DNA of 34,869 bases. It comes from Abditibacteriaceae bacterium. GTDB taxonomy: Bacteria > Armatimonadota > Abditibacteriia > Abditibacteriales > Abditibacteriaceae. The translations under genes and the position numbers were made by a program. Each line of letters begins with the position of its first letter. Position 1 is the stretch's first letter. The stretch lies in assembly GCA_031425655.1 (NCBI GenBank), contig JANPJS010000044.1:1-34869 (forward strand). The letters run 5' to 3'. Positions 28,450 through 34,869 of this stretch are shown here, piece after piece. The notes beneath the pieces were generated by a model that worked only from the letters and a program-made list of their open reading frames with translations, was not told the origin of the DNA and made no database searches.

Positions 28450-28585
28450 TTCAATAGAACGCGGAGCTTCGCTATCCTGCCCAGAGGGCGCCCGAAACGG
28501 CTTTGAAGGCGCGGTTTGATCCAAATAAAAACCAGCGAAAATCCGCGCACAACGTCCGCGTAGCGAAGCTCCGCGTTCTATTGAA
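28450..28585. repeat. ~135-bp palindromic element, copy 2 (contains 19-nt insert)
   Basis: 25-bp perfect inverted repeat ttcaatagaacgcggagcttcgcta / tagcgaagctccgcgttctattgaa. Confidence 0.85.
28475..28493 (+). mobile_element. 19-nt mini-element, copy 4
   Basis: tcctgcccagagggcgccc sits where the opposite arm predicts cgcg. Confidence 0.75.
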
Positions 28586-28767
28586 GAATCGTGGTATTAG
28601 GTTGTAACGAATTCTCACACGGTTTCTTATGCTTAATCTACATTTCAACTAAATTTAAAATTCGTGGCGTATCGTGAAATCGGTTCCTCCATCCTCGCGC
28701 AATTGTTGTTCAGTGTAGCGCCGAAAGCGGGAACACAATGAGAGGTAAAAGGTGAACGATTTCCACA

Positions 28768-30144
28768 ATGAAGATTTTCAAATCATGGACGAATGGCAGC
28801 ACGAAGTCCCGCCCCGGCAGCGTTTGGGCTTGCTCGACACCATCGCGTGGCAACCGCTGCCATCGGCGCTCTACGACGCGCCGGTTCGCGGCACGACTCA
28901 TCGTCAGCGCCAGCGTGCTTTCGGTGGGTTCGGCTTGGCTGGGCGGTTGCGGCGGCGGCGGTAACGGCGGTAATGGCGCTCCGGCGGCGTTTCGTTCGGT
29001 AGCCACCTTTAATGTGCCCGTGCCCGGCGGTTCGGCGGAAATTGCCAGCGTCACGCCCGATGGCCGCACTCTGGTTTATACCGATGCCGGCGCCGGATTA
29101 GTTGGATTCGTCAATATCGCCGATCTTGGGGCGGTGTCTCAACTGGGCGCCGTCAACGTGGGCGGCGAGCCGACATCGGTGGCTATTTCTCCCAAAGGCC
29201 GCTTCGCTTTAGCCGTCATTGTGGGCGCGCCCAGCCGTCTGGCGGTCATTGATATCGCCACGCGCACCGTCGTCCGCACGATCAACCTGAATGGCCAGCC
29301 CGATTCCGTAACCGTCAGCCCCGATGGGAATTTCGCCGCCATTGTTATTGAAAACGAGCGTTCCGACGAAGATAATCCGCTTCCCAGCGCGCCTGCGGGG
29401 CGTTTGGTCATTGTAAATCTCAACGGCGAACCGGCCAACTGGACATTGCGCAACGTCAACCTTGCCGGCTTGCCGAATATGCGCTTCGCCAGCGATCCCG
29501 AACCGGAATTCGTAGACATCAATCGCAGCAACAAGGCCGCCGTCACTTTGCAGGAAAACAACGGTATCGTGATCGTTGATCTGGCATCGGGCACTGTCGA
29601 GCGCTCATTTTCCGCCGGTTCGACTACGCACGTCGCCGATTTGCAGGACAACGGCACCGTTTCTTTTACCGATACGCTGACGAACGCGCGCCGCGAACCG
29701 GACGGCATCGCGTGGACGCCAAATGGCAATCTCATTACCGCCAACGAAGGCGATTACAACCTTGATTTAGCCGCCGGACAGTTCACGGGTGGCCGCAACT
29801 TCACGATTTTTTCGCCGACCGGCGCCGTGCTTTTTGACGACAAGGGCGATCTGGAAAAAGCCGTAAACAGCGCCGGACGCTATCCCGACAGCCGCTCGGA
29901 CAGCAAAGGCAGCGAACCCGAAGGCGTCGAAGTGGCCACGCTGGGAGGCCGCAACTTCGCCTTCATCGCGCTCGAACGCGCCGATGCTTTAGCCGTTTAC
30001 CGCTTGGATAGCGAAACCACGCCGACCTTTGTGCAGATTTTGCCGACCGGCGATGCGCCCGAAGGTGTAGTCGCCATTCCTTCGCGCAACTTAGTCGTAA
30101 CCGCCAACGAAGGCGATGGCACGCTGTCGTTTTTCGCGCCGTAA
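28768..30144 (+). CDS. Choice-of-anchor-I / alkaline-phosphatase-associated beta-propeller, probable lipoprotein
   Basis: GQPD, ENE, DPEPE, TLQENN, TANEGD, SDSKGSEPEG, IALERA, APEG motifs; lipobox-like WLGGC. Start uncertain. Confidence 0.75.
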   Translation: MKIFKSWTNGSTKSRPGSVWACSTPSRGNRCHRRSTTRRFAARLIVSASVLSVGSAWLGGCGGGGNGGNGAPAAFRSVATFNVPVPGGSAEIASVTPDGRTLVYTDAGAGLVGFVNIADLGAVSQLGAVNVGGEPTSVAISPKGRFALAVIVGAPSRLAVIDIATRTVVRTINLNGQPDSVTVSPDGNFAAIVIENERSDEDNPLPSAPAGRLVIVNLNGEPANWTLRNVNLAGLPNMRFASDPEPEFVDINRSNKAAVTLQENNGIVIVDLASGTVERSFSAGSTTHVADLQDNGTVSFTDTLTNARREPDGIAWTPNGNLITANEGDYNLDLAAGQFTGGRNFTIFSPTGAVLFDDKGDLEKAVNSAGRYPDSRSDSKGSEPEGVEVATLGGRNFAFIALERADALAVYRLDSETTPTFVQILPTGDAPEGVVAIPSRNLVVTANEGDGTLSFFAP

Positions 30145-30168
30145 TCAAACAACTTTAATCCGATGTGT

Positions 30169-30203
30169 AACGGGCGACTCGCAAGAGTCGCCCGTTTTGT
30201 TTT
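30169..30203 (+). terminator. Intrinsic terminator
   Basis: aacgggcgactc-gcaa-gagtcgcccgttttgtttt. Confidence 0.85.
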
Positions 30204-30256
30204 GGCCTGCCATCTGTTTCTTGCTTCCCGCCTCTCGCCGTCTGTGAAATAATCCT

Positions 30257-31441
30257 ATGGGCATGAAGCCTGAAGAAACGCCCTCCGAAAACCCACCCGC
30301 CTGGCCGTCCGGCCAAAATGAAACACCTGCCGGCCTCGGCGTCGAACGCGGTCGCATTGACGCCATTGATGCCGAAATTCTGCGTTTGCTCAACGAGCGC
30401 GTGCAATGCGCACTGCGCGTGGGCGCCATCAAACGCTCGCAGGGCTTGCCGTTTTTCGACCCGTCGCGCGAGCGTGCCATCTACGAAAAGCTGCGCGCCT
30501 TGAATACGCAGATTTCCGGCGGAGCGGAAACGCTGCCGGCTTTGGCGGTAACGGCGATTTACCGCGAAATTATTTCGGCGTGCCGCAACGCCGAACATCC
30601 GGTGCGCGTGGCGTTTCTTGGGCCGTCGGGCACCAACACGCAGGAAGCCGCTGTGCAGTTTTTCGGCTCGGCCTTCACGCCGCTGCCCTGCGGCACGCCC
30701 GACGAAGTGTGTCACGCGGTGATGCGCGGCATGAGCGGCAAGGCTGAAGACAGCGATGCCGCCGATTATGGCGTGGTCGCCATCGAAAATTCGATTCACG
30801 GCCTGGTTTCGCCAACCTTAGATTTGTTAGCCGATTCTGCCGTCACGGTTTGCGCCGAAATTGAATTAGTCATTCACCATTGCCTGCTTTCTACCGGCGA
30901 TTTGGGCAGCATCACGACGGTTTATTCGCACGAACAAGGCTTGGCGCAATGCCGCACCTGGCTGCGAAACCATTTGCCGGGCGCGACTTTAGTTCCCGTC
31001 ACCAGCACGGCGCGCGGGGCCGAAATGGCCACGCGCGAACCCGGCGCAGCGGCGATTTCATCGGCTTTGGCGGCCAATATCTACGGATTGCAGATCGTCG
31101 CGGCCAATATCGAAGATTTAGCCACCAATCGCACGCGCTTTTTCGTAGTCGGCCCGCCCGAAAGCGCGCCCAAACCCAGCGGGCGCGATAAAACTTCCCT
31201 CTCGTTTTTAGTGCCGCACAAACCCGGCGCGCTCGTGGACGTGCTGGAAGTGCTGCGCCGTCACGGCGTCAATCTTTCGATGATTCAATCGCGCCCCAGC
31301 CGTCAGCAAGCGTGGGAATACCGCTTTTTCGCCGATTTGCAGGGCCATATGCAAGACGAAACGCTGCAAGCCGCCATCGCCGATTTGCAGGAACACACCG
31401 TCAGCTACAAAGTCATGGGCAGCTACCCGGAAGCGGCGTAA
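30257..31441 (+). CDS. pheA: Chorismate mutase / prephenate dehydratase (P-protein)
   Basis: RIDAIDAEILRLLNER, VAFLGPSGT, IENSIHG, SHEQGLAQC, NRTRF, ACT domain with QSRP. Confidence 0.96.
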   Translation: MGMKPEETPSENPPAWPSGQNETPAGLGVERGRIDAIDAEILRLLNERVQCALRVGAIKRSQGLPFFDPSRERAIYEKLRALNTQISGGAETLPALAVTAIYREIISACRNAEHPVRVAFLGPSGTNTQEAAVQFFGSAFTPLPCGTPDEVCHAVMRGMSGKAEDSDAADYGVVAIENSIHGLVSPTLDLLADSAVTVCAEIELVIHHCLLSTGDLGSITTVYSHEQGLAQCRTWLRNHLPGATLVPVTSTARGAEMATREPGAAAISSALAANIYGLQIVAANIEDLATNRTRFFVVGPPESAPKPSGRDKTSLSFLVPHKPGALVDVLEVLRRHGVNLSMIQSRPSRQQAWEYRFFADLQGHMQDETLQAAIADLQEHTVSYKVMGSYPEAA

Positions 31442-31549
31442 AGGAAGGATGAGGGATGAAGGCGGAAGGATGAAAATCGCCTGCGGCGCGCAATTCAACG
31501 GCGCGAAGCGCCCTTTTCATCCTTCATCCCTCCGCCCTCATCCCTTCCT
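31442..31549. repeat. Inverted repeat of heptamer units (GGATGAA)
   Basis: ggaaggatgagggatgaaggcggaaggatgaaaa ... ttttcatccttcatccctccgccctcatcccttcc. Confidence 0.8.
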
Positions 31550-31572
31550 AAAACCTGTCACACTTTCTTTTC

Positions 31573-33444
31573 ATGCCGCACGAATTTCCCCTTGTCGAAA
31601 CTCTTGAAGAAAACCTCCTGCCGCGCTCGCGCGGAGCGATTACGCGCGATGATGGCCGCGTTTGCATCGGGCGCGTCGGAGCGCCCGTCGCGCAGGAAGC
31701 GACCAGCGAATGCTTCACCTTCTGGGTGCCGCCCGATGCCCTCGTTGAAAAAACGCAGCTCGTAACGTGCGAAAGCCGCATCGCCGGGCAGGAATTTACC
31801 TTTTATGCCATCGTGGACGAAGTGCATCGCTCGTCGCGCAAGCGCAGCATGGGTCACGAAGTAGACGAAGCCGACGGTGACCTGACTTACGAGCCGCCTT
31901 TCGCCAGCGAAGGCTGCACCTGGGCCGAAGCCGCGATTTTACGCACCGACCCGCCGGTTTTTACGCCTCCGCGCGAACGCAGCGACGTTTTATTAGCGAC
32001 CGAAGCCGACGCTTACATGGCGTATCGCGCCGACGAAGTCGAGCCGCATAATCGTCTCAAAATCGGCCTGATTAAAAACGGCGGCGCGCAAACGGCGGGC
32101 GCCGGCATCATTGATCTGGCTTACGTTTTGGGCGAAAACGGCGGGCACATGAATGTCAACGGCGCCGCGGGACGTGGCACCAAATCCAGCTTTTTGCTGT
32201 TCGTCAACTACTTGCTTTTGCAGCGTGCGCGTGAAATGAAAGAAGCCGCGCCGTCGTCCGAAGACCGCTTGCGAATCGTGCCGATTATCCTCAATGTGAA
32301 GAATTACGATCTGTTTCACATGGATCGCGCCAGCAAAAAATTCGACGCGAAAAAGCATCTCGAAGCATGGCAATCCATCGGCATCAATGACCCGGCGGAA
32401 TTTAAAAACGTGACGTTTTACGCGGCGCAGCAGGCGGGCGGCACGATTCCGGTTCCGACTTCGGGCCGCGCCGATGTCAAGCCGTATAGCTGGAGTTTGC
32501 GAAACATCATGGAGCGCGGTTTATTTCCGTTTTTGTTCTCGGAATCCGACGCGCACGACGCCACTTTCGGCGCGCTTGTGATGGACATCGAAAACCTGCT
32601 CACGCACGAGAAAATCAACAACGACGGCAGCTTGACGCGCACTCTCAACGACAAGCCGCTGGGCGTGCAAGGCCCGACGTTTTTCGGCTTGCGCGAATGG
32701 GTCAAAGACCAATGCATGGGCGAAACCGACAAAGGTTTGCACGGCCATCAAAAGGGCACCTGGCGCAAATTATATCGGCGTTTATTGAAGCTGCTTTATG
32801 ACGGCAAAGGCGTTTTGCGCCTTGACGACGACAAGGGAAATCCGCTCGATATTGTGCGCGCCGACACCTGCGATCCGATTGTCATTGACCTCAATGCGCT
32901 TTCGGCGCGCCCCGAATTGCAGCGTTTCGTTGTCGCTACGATTCTGCGTCAATTAGTCGAATCGCGCACCGGCACCAACGCCATAAAAGGCTTAATTTAT
33001 CTGGTGACTTTGGACGAATTAAACCGCTTTGCGCCGCGCGGGGCACGCGATCCGATTACGCAACTGGTGGAATTGGTGGCGGCGGAAATGCGTTCGCAGG
33101 GCGTGATTTTGTTGGGCGCGCAGCAGCAGGCCTCGAAGGTGTCGGAGCGCGTTATCGAGAACTCGGCATTGCGCGTTTTGGGCAAAAGCGGCTCGCTGGA
33201 AATGTCGCAGCCCGTGTGGAGCTTTCTGTCGCAAAGCGCGCGGCGCAAAGCCGAAAACCTTTTGCCCGACGAAAAACTCCTTGTGCAGGACAACTTCCGC
33301 GAACCGATGCACGTTCGCGTGCCCTTTCCCACCTGGGCCATGAATCCGAACGAAGCGATTTCGCCCGCAACGCGGCCCGCTTCGCTAAACGGCGCTTCCA
33401 ACGGTGCGGCAACTGTAGATTACACCGCATTGTTTGAAGACTAA
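31573..33444 (+). CDS. herA: HerA-like ATPase/helicase (HAS-barrel N-terminus)
   Basis: HMNVNGAAGRGTKSS (variant Walker A), IILNVK..DL, LDELNRFAP (Walker B), MRSQGVILLGAQQQAS; directly upstream of sbcD. Confidence 0.8.
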   Translation: MPHEFPLVETLEENLLPRSRGAITRDDGRVCIGRVGAPVAQEATSECFTFWVPPDALVEKTQLVTCESRIAGQEFTFYAIVDEVHRSSRKRSMGHEVDEADGDLTYEPPFASEGCTWAEAAILRTDPPVFTPPRERSDVLLATEADAYMAYRADEVEPHNRLKIGLIKNGGAQTAGAGIIDLAYVLGENGGHMNVNGAAGRGTKSSFLLFVNYLLLQRAREMKEAAPSSEDRLRIVPIILNVKNYDLFHMDRASKKFDAKKHLEAWQSIGINDPAEFKNVTFYAAQQAGGTIPVPTSGRADVKPYSWSLRNIMERGLFPFLFSESDAHDATFGALVMDIENLLTHEKINNDGSLTRTLNDKPLGVQGPTFFGLREWVKDQCMGETDKGLHGHQKGTWRKLYRRLLKLLYDGKGVLRLDDDKGNPLDIVRADTCDPIVIDLNALSARPELQRFVVATILRQLVESRTGTNAIKGLIYLVTLDELNRFAPRGARDPITQLVELVAAEMRSQGVILLGAQQQASKVSERVIENSALRVLGKSGSLEMSQPVWSFLSQSARRKAENLLPDEKLLVQDNFREPMHVRVPFPTWAMNPNEAISPATRPASLNGASNGAATVDYTALFED

Positions 33445-33576
33445 AACTTTCAATGGAACACGGAGCCTTCGGCTACACGGAAACGACACGGAAGGCACAG
33501 ATCAATCCAAAGAAAAATCCGTGAAAACCCGTGTCGTTTCCGTGTCGGCGAAGCCGCCGTGTTCCATTGAAAGTTT
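33444..33576. repeat. ~135-bp palindromic element, copy 3 (no insert)
   Basis: aaactttcaatggaacacgg...ctacacggaaacgacacgg ... ccgtgtcgtttccgtgt...ccgtgttccattgaaagttt. Confidence 0.88.
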
Positions 33577-33592
33577 CACATTCTCGTAAAAC

Positions 33593-34869
33593 ATGAAAAT
33601 ACTCCATACCGGCGACTGGCACATGAACGACACGTTGGGGCGCGTGGATCGCTCGGCGGATATTTGCCGCTCGCTTGAACAAATTGCCGCTTATCTTGAA
33701 GAACATGAAGTGGACGTGATGATCGTGGCCGGCGACCTTTTTTCCGAACGCAGCCGGTTGGATCAAATGCGCGGCGCCGTCGGGGAAATTAAGCGCATAT
33801 TTCATCCGTTTTTAGAGCGAGGCGGCTCAATCGTCGCCATCAGCGGCAACCACGACCGCGAAGTATTTTTTGAAATGCTGCGCGATATGCTCGAACTCGG
33901 CGCAAGTGCGGCCAAAAGCGCGGACGGCGTTTTGCCTGGCGGGCAGGTGCATATCGCGCCGACTCCGCGCCTTTTAAAATTAGCCGGACGCGACGGCGTG
34001 CCGGTGCAATTTTTATTGATGCCGTATCCGACGGCGCGTCTCTATTTGCGCGATTCGGATGCGAAATATGACAACGTCGAGCAAAAGCATTTGGCGGTGC
34101 AAAGCGAATTTAAAAACGCGCTGGAACAATATAAGCAGCGCATAGATTCGTCGCTGCCGACGGTTTTAGTCAGTCATATTCATGTGCGCGGCGCGCAAAC
34201 GCACACGCTTTACCGCGTGACTGAAGTCGAAGACGTGATTTTCGAGCCGAGCGATATTCCGGCTTCGTGGGCTTATGTCGCTTACGGGCATATTCACAAG
34301 CCGCAAATGGCGATTCCCGGCGCGGCGCACGTTCGTTATTGTGGCAGCGTCGAACGTCTCGATTTCGCCGAGCGCGACGATGCCAAAAGCGTGGTTTTAG
34401 CCGAAATAAACCGCAGTGGTTTAGTCGGCGAGCCGCAGATTCTACCGCTGGAAACTTCGCCGATTTGGGACTTCGATATTACCGAACCAGAAACCGAAAT
34501 GCCGCAAATAGAAGCGACATATAAAGACGATCCGCAGGCGAAAAATGCCTTAGTCAAATATAAGCTGCGCTGGCAGCCGGGCAAGCATAACCGCGATGCA
34601 ATCTGCAAAGAAATAGATATTCTATTTCCGCGCTGGTATGCACGCGAATTAATAGAATTGGGCCGCGACGACATCGCGGTGTTTTATAAATCGCGCCGTT
34701 TGGATGACGTGGTCGGAACCGTCCGTGAATATCTGGGGCAGCAGTTAAATACGCATTCGCAGGGAAATGAATTGCAGGCGATGGCCGAAAGCATTTTAGT
34801 GGAATTTGCCGGCGCTTCGCCGGATGGTGCGGGGCCGGGTGCCCTTTGGGCAGGTTCCTCTTCCAAACA
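33593..34869 (+). CDS. sbcD: SbcD/Mre11 nuclease subunit (runs off the window end)
   Basis: Absent from the ORF track because there is no stop in the window. ATG at 33593 gives MKILHTGDWH, AGDLF, SGNHD, SH.HV, AYGHIH, YCGSVERLDFAE. Confidence 0.93.
   Translation, partial: MKILHTGDWHMNDTLGRVDRSADICRSLEQIAAYLEEHEVDVMIVAGDLFSERSRLDQMRGAVGEIKRIFHPFLERGGSIVAISGNHDREVFFEMLRDMLELGASAAKSADGVLPGGQVHIAPTPRLLKLAGRDGVPVQFLLMPYPTARLYLRDSDAKYDNVEQKHLAVQSEFKNALEQYKQRIDSSLPTVLVSHIHVRGAQTHTLYRVTEVEDVIFEPSDIPASWAYVAYGHIHKPQMAIPGAAHVRYCGSVERLDFAERDDAKSVVLAEINRSGLVGEPQILPLETSPIWDFDITEPETEMPQIEATYKDDPQAKNALVKYKLRWQPGKHNRDAICKEIDILFPRWYARELIELGRDDIAVFYKSRRLDDVVGTVREYLGQQLNTHSQGNELQAMAESILVEFAGASPDGAGPGALWAGSSSK
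34837..34855 (-). mobile_element. 19-nt mini-element, copy 5 (variant, reverse orientation, in the sbcD tail)
   Basis: gggtgccctttgggcaggt is the reverse complement of acctgcccaaagggcaccc. Confidence 0.6.

Larger units (their letters stand above)
28407..28626. mobile_element. MITE-like element with imperfect TIRs and TTA target-site duplication
   Basis: tta|gaagctgtctgagaat ... attctcacacggtttc|tta; TIRs match at 13 of 16 positions. Confidence 0.55.

Noticed and set aside
31573..33444. HerA as part of an anti-phage system (e.g. Sir2-HerA)
   Set aside because: There is no adjacent effector in the window, and linkage to sbcD fits DNA repair better.
33473..34866. Short ORFs listed in the track near the window end
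   Set aside because: They overlap the sbcD frame starting at 33593, which the track omits because it has no stop in the window.

Overview
GC-rich bacterial chromosomal window with almost all genes on the + strand. Gene content (DUF1559 prepilin-like, Uma2, YHYH, secretins, bacterial HerA-SbcD) suggests a diderm such as Armatimonadota/Abditibacteriota; this is inference only. Recognisable genes: ECF sigma factor with a zinc-finger anti-sigma fusion, DUF1287, DUF1559, an ACT-malic-enzyme homolog, a STAS-like/wHTH protein, Uma2, pyrG, hicBA, YHYH, two tandem secretins, a TPR/SseB protein, a choice-of-anchor-I-like beta-propeller, pheA, a HerA-like ATPase and sbcD (truncated by the window end). 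Most notable: (1) a 19-nt mini-element, TCCTGCCCAGAGGGCRCCC, in five copies, four inside other repeats, replacing 4 nt of one hairpin arm at the three sites where the opposite arm can be read; (2) four paralogs of an uncharacterised membrane-protein family, one fused to the anti-sigma domain; (3) two apparent pseudoenzymes, a malic enzyme lacking GxGxxG and an Fhs-like protein lacking the P-loop; (4) hicBA flanked by a duplication of the pyrG 3' end; (5) multi-level nesting of MITE/REP-like repeats. All calls come from reading the sequence by eye; no searches were run.
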